Shown here piece after piece: positions 24,528 through 34,593 of a DNA stretch of 64,000 bases. The stretch is from the NCBI GenBank assembly GCA_946965045.2, contig OX337236.1, positions 3,410,001 through 3,474,000 of the forward strand, written 5' to 3'. This DNA comes from Epithemia pelagica. Its lineage: Eukaryota; Protista; Bacillariophyta. The notes beneath the pieces are model-generated. The model worked only from the letters and a program-made list of their open reading frames with translations, was not told the DNA's origin and did no database searches. How positions within the stretch are numbered: position 1 is the first letter of the stretch; every line of letters begins with the position of its first letter. Position numbers and translations under genes: made by a program.

Positions 24528-25865
24528 AGTGGACATCACGTTGCATTAATGTTCTACAATGACGAAACTTTCGAATAATCATTTCGATCTCAAATAGTTT
24601 TCTTAGTGGCTGATACCTGTGGAATTATCATGTGAATCATGTCATACGGCATGTCCGGGAGAACGCGACTGGTCCGAAACAATGTCATGGATTCTGTAGA
24701 CTTTTGCTCTGTGTTGAGTGCTATTGTCGTATTGTTGAGTAAGGTTATTTTGGCAGTCCCTGCGGTATTTCTCCGTGGCAAGTAATACTCCCTCGCACCA
24801 CCCGTTTCCATCCTCGGAATGCAAAGTCTTCTTGTCCACATATAACAGGGACACACTCTCGTGGCTGTGGAGACAGACAGAGGCGCGCTATCGGAGCTTC
24901 CTGATCTAACCAAGCCTCAATGACGGTGAGCGTTTGCTGTAGCTACGGTTGATTGTTTTCTTGCCGTGAGGAGAAAGTGGTGGTCGGAACAGGGGTCGAT
25001 GGTTGGGACGTCAATTGCAAAAAGGGTTGTGGGCAAGTAAAAGTCTGGGAAACCTTGTGTGGGACCGCCTGAACACCCACACTATGTTCCCGAGCGAGTG
25101 GAATTCAACACCCACCAAGAATTGGACATGTACACCATGGCCAAATCGGATGCCAGGTCAGCGAGACGTTTTACCTGGAACACGGCAAACTCAAAGGTTA
25201 AGTGATGATTGTCAGTTGGAACCCAAAAACGCGCGGTGGAATCTGACCAATTCGACTACGCAATGTGAGATATTGGCCATCTTGCTTCTTCTGGGCGATA
25301 AAGAGAGCGGCGTAGCATCCCAATTCCCGACTGTCGCAAGGTCTTGAGTGGCATTCAATCGTGCCACAATGTGGGACGTTGAGACTTTGTTATTGTCTCT
25401 TCAAGGTCCTGCTGCTATTGTCTTGAGGCAGAGCCGCAGTCGTCGTCATCCTGCTAGTCATCATGGTTGCTTGATGAAGCCAGGGAAGAGCTTGGCTCGT
25501 GGTGGCCGTTGTAGGGAGGGGAGGTGTCTTGTTGGTGTGTGGTTATTGGTGGAAACAACCTCACCACTCGTTGTTCTGCCACAGCTGAGTGACCGTTGAC
25601 CAAACTCGAGGCTTGTTCCAATCCTGTACATTCTCCTGACCCATCCGCAGATGGACCCGTCCACAATTGGATTTGTTCATTGCAAAGGCTGGTTTCTCTA
25701 AATTGTCGCGACAGTGGCGTCCTCATCTGGTTTGGCTCTATAAAAGGCTGTGGGTTGTTTTGACATGAGAATGTTTCGACGGTTTGTTCTTGTGGATGTT
25801 GTCCATCGTTTGGTTTTGGGAACAGATCTGGATTCGCGCATCTTTTGTGGGGAAAGATACGCTCT

Positions 25866-26105
25866 TGAATAAAAACTGACGGCCAGACGCAATATACGGC
25901 TTGCAACAATCAAACTATCAGAAATTATGATGACTAAACTAGGGGTGCCCTTTGGGGGCAAATCGCTCACGTAGGGGCCAAACAGCGACCACGGTACCCA
26001 CTAGCGAACACATAACTAGGGGCCGGGCGATGCCAGGCGGTGCGTAGCGAGGCATGGCGAGGCCCTTCGTAGGTTACAAAGGGGGCGCCCGTGATTATTT
26101 ATTCA
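25866..26105 (-). repeat. 3' LTR (240 bp)
   Basis: tgaataaaaactgacgg...gtgattatttattca. The ends are an 8-bp inverted repeat, TGAATAAA/TTTATTCA. Matches 33039-33278. Confidence 0.97.
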
Positions 26106-26228
26106 GTCCCCGCGAACAAAATCGGGGTGGGCAACTTCGTTTAGTTCGTCATGTCAGCAGAGGCCGGTCCAGTACGTCGGACTATTCTTCAAAAGGGGGC
26201 GATCCCATTTTGGATCTAAAAAGGGGTG

Positions 26229-29200
26229 CTACCACATGATACGTTGGGCCAGGAATCGCAATCGAGGTCCGGGTAGCAGTTTGGTTAGGATATCGGCAAG
26301 ATTCGTTTCACCTTCTTCCCATGCAATGCGCACAAGCCCAGCGGCTTGCGCTTCACGAGTCCGATGATAAGCAATTGCGTTGTGCTTCTTTTTTAGGACT
26401 GATTCCGGCTGCGTCGAGTTCTTAAACACAGATTCATTGTCGCAAAACACATTCGTCTCTCCATCCAACGGGATACCCATCATTCGCAACTTATAACGAA
26501 ATGCTTCAATCATTTCAATGGCAGTCTTCATCGCCACGAACTCACTGCCAAATGTAGACGTCTCAACAGTGTTTTGTCGTTTTGAATACCACATGATCGG
26601 TGCTCGTTGCAAGAACAGTAGGACTCCTGTTTGAGAGCGCCGTGTGACACGACATCCAGCATGATCAGCATCGACAAAGCAAGTCGTGGTGACAGCGTTT
26701 CCACGCGGTGCTGGTGCGTTTGGCGGGATCGGCTCGGCAGCATCAGGGTAATACTCAGACCAATCCGGTCGGGTAAAACGTGACTCGTCGAAGTCAGGGG
26801 TTGTGTCGTCGAACACAATGGCGGATCTATCGTACTTCTTCAGATACGCGAAGATGTGCAACGTTTGCTCGAGATGTCCTTCTCGTGGATTCGCCATAAA
26901 ACGGGACATATGGGAGACTGCGGTTGTAATGTCGATACGACCGAGTTCAACAATCCAACGGAGAATACCGATCAGTCCTTGGTAACAGTTTGCACGTCTT
27001 GCGTCGAGTTCAGGAGACGCGTCCAATTCCGGGCGATATCCATCGGCGATCGGCGTCGTCACTTTTGACTTCAGCTTTTCTCCGGATTTCTCCAGTTCCG
27101 TTTCGACTTCGGCAAGAGCACGCTTACAATACTTGTCAGCGGACATGGCCCAACGATCACGGTTCGACGGATCTTGCGTGTCGGGTATGGTATAACGCCG
27201 AATTTCGGATCCCAAGTATTCGTCTGGTGGTTTGATACTGTCGGGCTTGATCGTATAGCGCCTCTGTAGGTCCTGCATCACGGTTTTGGGATCATGACTA
27301 ACAATCAGCAGATCATCAATATAGACCAAAACATACTCGTAATACTGGAACCCATCAGATGGTCGAGTGTTCGCTCGAAGCCATACATCTGGATCAGCTT
27401 GACACATCTTAAATCCCATGTCGCGGAGCGTTGCGGCGATGTGATCACGCCACCTTGCGGCAGAACTTTTGAGACCATATAATGCGCGCACTATCAGTGC
27501 AGGTTGTCCAACCTTATCTGGTCCAAATTCGAGTCCCGCGGTGGTATAGGTCTTCTCTTTAGTCGGTGCGTTGAGATATGCGTTTTGCACGTCCCCGACA
27601 AGAACATCAAGACCATTTAGTGCAGCGATAGTAAAAGCAATGCGTACGCTATCGCGTGATACCACACTAGAATAGGTTGATTCTTTGGGTGGATCAGTTT
27701 TGTGGCCTCCGGCCACTAACCGTGCTTTTCGTCGCAGGTCTGATTTGATGTCAAAAACCATGTGACAGGGAATATGCTTGTATCCAGAAGGCACTTCGCC
27801 ATCAGCTGGAAAGTCGAAAGCAATGCCAACGTTCTTCATTTCTTTCTCTATAGCCTTACGCCAGAAGTCAGTCCCCGTTCGGCGGTCAATCGCCAGGGCT
27901 TCTTCCACAGAGTGGGGCAACTCAATGCCATACTTGTGCGTTCGCTTCCAATAACGTGACTTTACCTTTTTGATAATGCGGTCTCGTTTGCGAAGTGCAC
28001 GTGGCACCCACCATGCCAAAGCAGGCTCTTTTGCGATGCCAGTGGATACTGCGTATTCGGCGGCTTCAATCATATTTCCATTCTTGACGTCTTTGAGCGG
28101 CAGCCAAACAGTCGATTGATCGGACAGTTCACATTGCAATTCCCAGCCTTTCGTTGTGTGGTGTGATGTGCCGTCAAGGAACGATGCGTCTGTTTGCTTA
28201 ACTGCGGTCTCATCACTGCGGTGACCCACAATGGCTTTCAATGTGTTGAACGCATTGCCCTCCGGGTCAACTTGCGAATACAGATTCTCTGCGATCATAT
28301 TGGTTGCATACGACTCGACCGATCCATCCGGAAACTGTACATCGTAGTACCGGGTATCAAGGATTGGGTTTGCGTCGCGCTCACCAATAGGTCGCCCATG
28401 AGCATCTTTCGTACGTCCAATGATTTTCGCTCGAGCGCTTTCACCTCCTCGCGGCAGCATAACTTCAGCGGTGAGATATTCGTCTAGTTCCTCCGGCGTG
28501 TACGCGTCGGATTCCAGGGCTTCGGCCTCTGGGAACAAGGGCTCTAGAAGTTCACCTTCGTCAAAGAGGTCTGGGGGTGGATCGCTCCCAGTTGTGCCAT
28601 CAGATGGCGGCTCTTTCATTTGCGTTTGAATAGCGGCATCATAGTCCAACAACTGCTGATGAATCGTCGGATTCTTCAGGTCGTCTTCCGGAATGGCCCA
28701 CACATCTTTCCGTGTGACATGATTGCCCTCTTGCGTTAGGATTTCATAGGCCATATCATCGGTGCAATCATCGGCTAAACCCAACCATCGGCCAATCAGT
28801 CTTTTTTCGAAGGGAAACTGTGCCATGGGCATGCGATAATACACCGGCTGATAGAATTGGAACATGGCTAATGGAGAGATGTCTGGCGTTGAGCCAATTA
28901 CATGCTCGAACGGTGTACGTCCATCTAATTCAGGGATATCGGATGCCGTGAGTTGCCGTACGTGTGAGCACCATTTAAGAGCATAGCTCCATAAACGTCG
29001 TGGTGCGCCGGTCGTCCTCATAATCTTGACAACTCCCTTCTTTAGTTCACGAATGCTCGCTTCGGCGGCGTTCTGCCATGGACTATAAGGAACCGTTTTC
29101 TCCATCTTTATGCGGTACTCGTTGCATATTTCACGGGACTTCCCTAGGAACAATTCTCGGGCACCATCAGATACCATTGTTTGGGGAATCCCTACATTGT

Positions 29201-30458
29201 GAATCAAAGACATCAATCCTTCAGGATGTTGCTTTTTCGACTTCCAGGGGTAAACGTGGTCGAATCCTTTGCCGTCGGTAAAGATCGAGGCGCCCGTGTC
29301 CCCGTTCAGTGATACTTCCTTGGCAAACATCTCGTCCGAGAACCAACGGCCTTTCACATTGGGGAATTTGAGCCACGGTGCCTTCTTACGGACCTTACGC
29401 TCAGATGGGATTAATACGTTTCGTACTCCAGCCTGCGTCGTCACTTTAAGCGTATTCTTCGCTTTGGGTAAACCAATGCCCCAACGTTGTGACAGTACGG
29501 CTGCATCAAGCACTCCCTTTCCAGCAGGATCGGCTGGGGAAGACTCGTTAGCAGTCTTGATCATGTACAGCCGACGTTCACGTTTGTCCTCCGGGACTAC
29601 ATCAGCCTCCTCCTTTTCTGGATGAACAGTGACCGTCGCTATTAAGCGTTCGTATAGGTCGTCGCCTTGTGCGTCGGCGTCCAGATCGGGTGATGGATTC
29701 GCAAAAGCATGCTGGTACGTTCGCACTGCTTTGATGAGTCGTGGAATGGAGGATGCGGCAATCGAATTCGGATCGCCATTGCGAATGACAGTAGCGGCAG
29801 CTACACCCAGTTTCTCCTCCGCGTCCGCAAAGGCGGTAGAACGAGGTTGCCATGGGCTATCGGCAGTTAGCACAACTTGTGGCAAGTGTTCCAGCTCGTC
29901 AGAAGTGGGTTTGCGAGTGGCGAAACCACTTATTACACCAGCCATGGTGAGTGGGATGGTGAGATCGGCATCTGGTACGTGGATACTATGCGTGCTGTGC
30001 GGGTCAAACTGTTTAGGTACGTCGTTGACAACGATGCCATGGGCACGCATCTGGTTCGGACAGAGTAACGAACTGCCCATTCGGTCCCCTAAAAACAATG
30101 CTTGGTGGATGACAAGCAAGTAAGACTGGTTTTCGCTGTCAGTCCAGACAGTAGCAACAGTCGCAATAGGGACATTGGTCAGCGGGTTATATTCCTCCAC
30201 GAACGGATGCACACTGATATAGCGGTGGGCTTCGGAGAGCATTACGAAGTCTCTTCCCACGGCACAGGTGTCCGCATGTGAGTCCAACTCACAGGTGAGC
30301 TCAATGGTCTTAACACCATATTCGTCGGTGTTCATAGCACATAGACGATGTGCGAAACGTTTAGAATAACTATAATGGGTGCCTACGTGTGCATTCGATT
30401 GAACAATAAGATTCGTTTTATCAATTTTTACTGCTTCGGCAGCGGATACACAGGGCAC
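26229..30458 (-). CDS. pol: Copia Pol polyprotein (aspartic protease, integrase, reverse transcriptase, RNase H)
   Basis: Protease ELDSHADTC; integrase SDGARE and PYSPWQNAAEASIRELK; RT HMVFDIK..RKARLVAGGH and LVYIDDLL; RNase H FVDADHAG..TRRSQTG and FCDNESV. Uninterrupted 1409 codons. The true start is uncertain. Confidence 0.96.
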   Translation of the reverse strand: MPCVSAAEAVKIDKTNLIVQSNAHVGTHYSYSKRFAHRLCAMNTDEYGVKTIELTCELDSHADTCAVGRDFVMLSEAHRYISVHPFVEEYNPLTNVPIATVATVWTDSENQSYLLVIHQALFLGDRMGSSLLCPNQMRAHGIVVNDVPKQFDPHSTHSIHVPDADLTIPLTMAGVISGFATRKPTSDELEHLPQVVLTADSPWQPRSTAFADAEEKLGVAAATVIRNGDPNSIAASSIPRLIKAVRTYQHAFANPSPDLDADAQGDDLYERLIATVTVHPEKEEADVVPEDKRERRLYMIKTANESSPADPAGKGVLDAAVLSQRWGIGLPKAKNTLKVTTQAGVRNVLIPSERKVRKKAPWLKFPNVKGRWFSDEMFAKEVSLNGDTGASIFTDGKGFDHVYPWKSKKQHPEGLMSLIHNVGIPQTMVSDGARELFLGKSREICNEYRIKMEKTVPYSPWQNAAEASIRELKKGVVKIMRTTGAPRRLWSYALKWCSHVRQLTASDIPELDGRTPFEHVIGSTPDISPLAMFQFYQPVYYRMPMAQFPFEKRLIGRWLGLADDCTDDMAYEILTQEGNHVTRKDVWAIPEDDLKNPTIHQQLLDYDAAIQTQMKEPPSDGTTGSDPPPDLFDEGELLEPLFPEAEALESDAYTPEELDEYLTAEVMLPRGGESARAKIIGRTKDAHGRPIGERDANPILDTRYYDVQFPDGSVESYATNMIAENLYSQVDPEGNAFNTLKAIVGHRSDETAVKQTDASFLDGTSHHTTKGWELQCELSDQSTVWLPLKDVKNGNMIEAAEYAVSTGIAKEPALAWWVPRALRKRDRIIKKVKSRYWKRTHKYGIELPHSVEEALAIDRRTGTDFWRKAIEKEMKNVGIAFDFPADGEVPSGYKHIPCHMVFDIKSDLRRKARLVAGGHKTDPPKESTYSSVVSRDSVRIAFTIAALNGLDVLVGDVQNAYLNAPTKEKTYTTAGLEFGPDKVGQPALIVRALYGLKSSAARWRDHIAATLRDMGFKMCQADPDVWLRANTRPSDGFQYYEYVLVYIDDLLIVSHDPKTVMQDLQRRYTIKPDSIKPPDEYLGSEIRRYTIPDTQDPSNRDRWAMSADKYCKRALAEVETELEKSGEKLKSKVTTPIADGYRPELDASPELDARRANCYQGLIGILRWIVELGRIDITTAVSHMSRFMANPREGHLEQTLHIFAYLKKYDRSAIVFDDTTPDFDESRFTRPDWSEYYPDAAEPIPPNAPAPRGNAVTTTCFVDADHAGCRVTRRSQTGVLLFLQRAPIMWYSKRQNTVETSTFGSEFVAMKTAIEMIEAFRYKLRMMGIPLDGETNVFCDNESVFKNSTQPESVLKKKHNAIAYHRTREAQAAGLVRIAWEEGETNLADILTKLLPGPRLRFLAQRIMW

Positions 30459-30464
30459 ACTCCA

Positions 30465-32543
30465 TCAGGAGGAATTAGACATGTCGGCAGACTTGTCAGA
30501 GACATTCGGGTCACGGACATCGAATTCAAGATCGGCGGAATAACGACCGCATACATTACGCCTTCGCTCGGCGGCAGCCAGTTGTCCATTGGCAAGCATA
30601 GTGTATTTCAAAGCTTCGTCGAACACTTCCGTGTGCTCGGCTAAGCGTTTGCACACATGGTACATTTGGCGCTCTTCTCGTTCATAGCCTGACATTTTAG
30701 ACCAGCGCCAAGACCAAATTGGACTATTGTGTACAATAGTGTCGATCTCTTCGCGGAAGCGCCCTTTTAGCACACTCTGGTCATGCTTGGTAAGTGAGCG
30801 GACGTTGCGAGTCCCCTCAGCATACTTGCCTTTGACCGGTAGCGGCAGCTTCACAAAGATGTCGCCGTGTTCCGGGACTGGCGGGATGGTCATATGACTC
30901 ATATCAGGACGTCCGTCCTCTTCCCATTGCCACATCGGTGGATAGGTCTCGTATTCCCCCATGGGGCGAGTACGTACGGATTTGACGGACGCAGATCCGG
31001 GTTCGTTCGGTTGTGCTTTAGCCTTATGCGCGAAACGTCCAAAGCTGTTGCCAGCTGAGGACTTTGTCGGCTGCGAATCATCTTCGGATGATTTTGCAGG
31101 TGAGGCGGAAGCGCGGAACTTAGAGTGCTTGTCTGGTGATGGTACGTTGTCAACAGAGGAGTCAAGCAAGCTCTCGTCTACTTCCATAATGACCGATACG
31201 TTAGTCTTAGCCTCAGGCTTAGCGTCGTCATGGTCCATGTCTACTGAGATTGCGTCCTCAGCAGTACTCCCATGTGACGTTTTCGATCTCTTCGACGATG
31301 CGTTGGAAGAGTCGTCTGTGGTGACGGATCCAAGCTTCCGCTTTTCTTTGCGCTCTTTGCGAAGAGCCTGGACTTGTTTACGTTCGTCCTCCGTCAGGTC
31401 TGCCCATTCGTCGGCATCGTAGTGACCAGCATGAACGCGGTCCTTCTTCTTCTTGCTCTTTTTCTGATTGCGCCCTTTGCCCTTTCCTTTGCTTGGGGTC
31501 GTACTAGCAGCGGCGATCTTGCGAGAGTCGTCCTGCGTTTCGGTTTTGGCGGCACTGTGCACAGTCAAGAAATATTGCTGGCACGCTTCGAAGTTCTCCA
31601 ACTTCTCCTGGTCACCGTTGACGACGGTCTTTGCTTGGACGAGCGTCGGATCGGTGATCCCATTCATGAAGTCGGTCACCTTTTTCGTTTCCGCGACCGT
31701 TTCGCCAAGCTCTTCCAGGGTGTTGTGCGCATGTTGATGACGGTGGATGTAGTCATGGAAGCGGTACTTCCCTCGTCCTGTAAACTTAGCATTTGCGATC
31801 TGCGCATAAGCTTGTTTCTTGCGCAGGATGCTCGCGGCCTGTCCAGTGGCTTGCCGCTTGACGGTTAGGTAGGCCTCACGGCCGTCCTTTGATTTTGCAT
31901 GCGTTTTAGCAAACGTCCATGCCGGACCATCGTAAATAAGAGGGTAGTACAGCTCGTACACTCTGCGTCGGTCGGCTTTGTACTGGTCCCCCTCATGACG
32001 AGTGGTCGCGACTAGGTCGTCGTCAATGCAGTCGTAATCGGCGGTTAGTGCGTCGTCCGGTACGTCGGACTCCTCACGCAATACGTAGGTGAGCGGCACT
32101 CCCGTTGTCGGATTACGGTGCTGACCCAAGTACGTGCGCCACATTCCGTCGTGACGTTCCCAATCGGCAAGGTTCGTTAGCCTTTTGGGTGGTACTGGGT
32201 CATCCTGACCATCAGTGGTGGTGGCATTCGCGAGTTCCGTTACGCGTTTCATCCACTTGGTGATTACGTCACCAGTATAAGCACCAGCATCAAGGTCCTG
32301 ACCACGGACAGAACGGTATTCCAACCACATTCGGAAGCCAAGGAACTTCAGGTTGAACTGGTAGGGTAGGGTCACACCGTCGGGTAGGTTCTTGGCTAGT
32401 GTCTTCAGCATGGGCTTTACTTCGTTGATAGGGAACTCCAGGAACTGATCCGTTGTCGTGAAGCCCTGTTGCGTTAGGTATCCAACGGTAGCATTGTCGT
32501 AGCCACAGCGGCCCAGTGCAGTACGGAAGGCATTTGCGGCCAT
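30465..32543 (-). CDS. gag: Copia Gag-like protein (692 aa)
   Basis: First long ORF after the 5' LTR. Contains diatom-copia-like gag segments (PLTYVLRE, DGREAY, KVTDFMNGITDP..KTVV) and a basic KGKGKGRNQKKSKKKK region. Confidence 0.85.
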   Translation of the reverse strand: MAANAFRTALGRCGYDNATVGYLTQQGFTTTDQFLEFPINEVKPMLKTLAKNLPDGVTLPYQFNLKFLGFRMWLEYRSVRGQDLDAGAYTGDVITKWMKRVTELANATTTDGQDDPVPPKRLTNLADWERHDGMWRTYLGQHRNPTTGVPLTYVLREESDVPDDALTADYDCIDDDLVATTRHEGDQYKADRRRVYELYYPLIYDGPAWTFAKTHAKSKDGREAYLTVKRQATGQAASILRKKQAYAQIANAKFTGRGKYRFHDYIHRHQHAHNTLEELGETVAETKKVTDFMNGITDPTLVQAKTVVNGDQEKLENFEACQQYFLTVHSAAKTETQDDSRKIAAASTTPSKGKGKGRNQKKSKKKKDRVHAGHYDADEWADLTEDERKQVQALRKERKEKRKLGSVTTDDSSNASSKRSKTSHGSTAEDAISVDMDHDDAKPEAKTNVSVIMEVDESLLDSSVDNVPSPDKHSKFRASASPAKSSEDDSQPTKSSAGNSFGRFAHKAKAQPNEPGSASVKSVRTRPMGEYETYPPMWQWEEDGRPDMSHMTIPPVPEHGDIFVKLPLPVKGKYAEGTRNVRSLTKHDQSVLKGRFREEIDTIVHNSPIWSWRWSKMSGYEREERQMYHVCKRLAEHTEVFDEALKYTMLANGQLAAAERRRNVCGRYSADLEFDVRDPNVSDKSADMSNSS

Positions 32544-33038
32544 GGTTCAAGGGTCGGATGAAGGGTAGGAGGGTGGTAGAAGGTCAAACGGATGGCAAGG
32601 GAAGGCTTGTTCTTGTGCAGAAATTTGCAATTGTGATGAGAGGAGCGAATTTCTGTGAGCCAACAATCTGCGAGTGAATCGGCGAGTAGTCGTCCGGCGA
32701 TTCCGCGAGCGAGCGAGCTAGCGATCGGCGAATCCGCGAGTCGGCAAACCGGCGATTCCGCGAGCAAGCAGGCACGTGTCAAAAGCCAGCAGGCTTATAT
32801 AATTGAGTCGTACGGCGCGCGTGGATGGACAGTCCACTTGTACGAGCACGTGCACGTTACGTTGTGCAGTCGCAAGTCACAAATTAGCGAGTGGGTCCCA
32901 CAGTGACAAAAACGAGTCACAGAGATGACGCAAGCGAGCGAGTGACGAAGCCGCTTAGCGCGAACAACTCCCGAGCGTTGATCAGGCGCTTGCCGTCCGG
33001 CGAACAGTGGGGAACAACAGACAGTGGGTCTGATAAAC

Positions 33039-33278
33039 TGAATAAAAACTGACGGCCAGACGCAATATACGGCTTGCAACAATCAAACTATCAGAAATTA
33101 TGATGACTAAACTAGGGGTGCCCTTTGGGGGCAAATCGCTCACGTAGGGGCCAAACAGCGACCACGGTACCCACTAGCGAACACATAACTAGGGGCCGGG
33201 CGATGCCAGGCGGTGCGTAGCGAGGCATGGCGAGGCCCTTCGTAGGTTACAAAGGGGGCGCCCGTGATTATTTATTCA
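33039..33278 (-). repeat. 5' LTR (240 bp)
   Basis: Same sequence as 25866-26105; lies upstream of gag on the minus strand. Confidence 0.97.
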
Positions 33279-33474
33279 CTCTGCTTGCTGTGGTCAAGTC
33301 ATGAAGTCTATGTGCGATATCGTACATGCGACAGACGCTCTTTGTGGGTCCAAAGCTTCCACGTGTATTCGAAGAGAGTCCTCGTTCCTCGTCGTGCTTC
33401 CATCCATACAAATCAGACTCGCAACAGCCGCAAACGCACTCCACATAAATTCTGCAGTCAAAACGTTTCGAAGC

Positions 33475-34593
33475 ATGCCCACGACATTGAAAGAAGAAGC
33501 CTGGCAGTCGGGCCTTGTCCTTTTGGAAGAGACAGCAGAATGGAATGAAAACGACTGGCCTCCTCTTGCGGGTGGATGGCGTTATCGTCATGCTACGGTT
33601 GTACTAGATCATCCCGATACGGACGGCAACGACAACAACCCGAAGAGACAAACGGTCGTCGTGATGGGAGGACGTCAACAAGGCGAATATGTCACCAATT
33701 CCGTTCTTGTATTGAACTTGGCAAACCCAAACAAACAGTGGCGAGAAGGGCCATCAATGAACAAGAGTCGTCGAGGACATGCCGCTGTTGTGTGCAACAG
33801 AGCCGTCTACGTGATGGGAGGATATGCTGACAATTCAATGTTCGATTGCATGGAACGCATTGATGCCAATGATTTGCTGCAATCATCTTCGACATCAAGC
33901 AGTTCAAAGAAGAGCCATTGGACGACATTGACATGTCGCTTATCAATGGGACGAAGAGGATGTGGTGCTGTTGCGGTTCACAACCGATACATCATTGTAA
34001 TTGGTGGTTATGACGGTAGTCGAACGTTGCCGTCGGTGGATATTATTGATACCAGCAACCACACTGTCACTGCGGGGCCAAGCATGAATATTCCTCGATC
34101 ATATTGTGCTAGTGCGGTCATTGGTAACCGCATCTTCTCCGTTGGAGGCTACACAGGACGCTCGGTGGAGTATTTGGAATTTTCAAAGCCTGGTGACAAT
34201 GAAGAGACAAAGAAGCAGACTGGCTTGACATTGAGTTCTTTCTCGTCCCCATGGATTACTCACTCTGATTTGGTCCTTTCCAATGCACGAAGTCCTTGTG
34301 CAGTGGCTGCCGTGGGATCTTGTCTGGTGGTGGCGGGAGGAGCATGGGTCAATTCAACCGTGAAAGTTCTGGATACGCGCCGCAACCGTGTGTGGAATCT
34401 CCCACCATTCGGAAATGACCGCACTGGCTACAATATGGTGACTGTTGCCAATCAAGTTGCCGTGATTGGTGGATGGGAAAATCCTTCCTGTGCGACATTA
34501 CCACTTATCGACAAGAATACATGGTGCTTTCGTCGACTCTGTGAGCACCAATCGAACGAATGGTATCATTCTCTTGAAGGTATGGGTATCTGA
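33475..34593 (+). CDS. Kelch-repeat protein K7 (~372 aa), tail truncated by CGA>TGA
   Basis: Six blades are complete. The stop at 34591 replaces the Arg codon of paralogues, and the ...CKRARSDT tail is still readable in frame downstream. Starts about 200 bp after the copia LTR. Confidence 0.85.
   Translation: MPTTLKEEAWQSGLVLLEETAEWNENDWPPLAGGWRYRHATVVLDHPDTDGNDNNPKRQTVVVMGGRQQGEYVTNSVLVLNLANPNKQWREGPSMNKSRRGHAAVVCNRAVYVMGGYADNSMFDCMERIDANDLLQSSSTSSSSKKSHWTTLTCRLSMGRRGCGAVAVHNRYIIVIGGYDGSRTLPSVDIIDTSNHTVTAGPSMNIPRSYCASAVIGNRIFSVGGYTGRSVEYLEFSKPGDNEETKKQTGLTLSSFSSPWITHSDLVLSNARSPCAVAAVGSCLVVAGGAWVNSTVKVLDTRRNRVWNLPPFGNDRTGYNMVTVANQVAVIGGWENPSCATLPLIDKNTWCFRRLCEHQSNEWYHSLEGMGI

Larger units (their letters stand above)
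25866..33278 (-). mobile_element. Intact Ty1/copia LTR retrotransposon, CoDi (Copia of diatoms)-like
   Basis: Two 240-bp LTRs that look identical by eye, TG...CA ends, flanking CTCT duplication. gag then pol with domain order PR-IN-RT-RH, which is the copia order. Confidence 0.97.

Noticed and set aside
16847-25860. tRNA, rRNA, telomeric or satellite arrays
   Set aside because: No cloverleaf, rRNA-like or telomere-like pattern was seen here or elsewhere in the window; only short CAA, GAC and CCT microsatellites occur.
26528-32906. Antisense and overlapping short ORFs inside the copia element, Kelch genes and YR gene
   Set aside because: They are shadows of the real long ORFs, with no motifs and no independent start context.
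25861-33283. Canonical 5-bp TSD for the copia element
   Set aside because: The five flanking bases are GCTCT and CTCTG; only CTCT is duplicated, given LTR ends fixed by the TGAATAAA/TTTATTCA inverted repeat.
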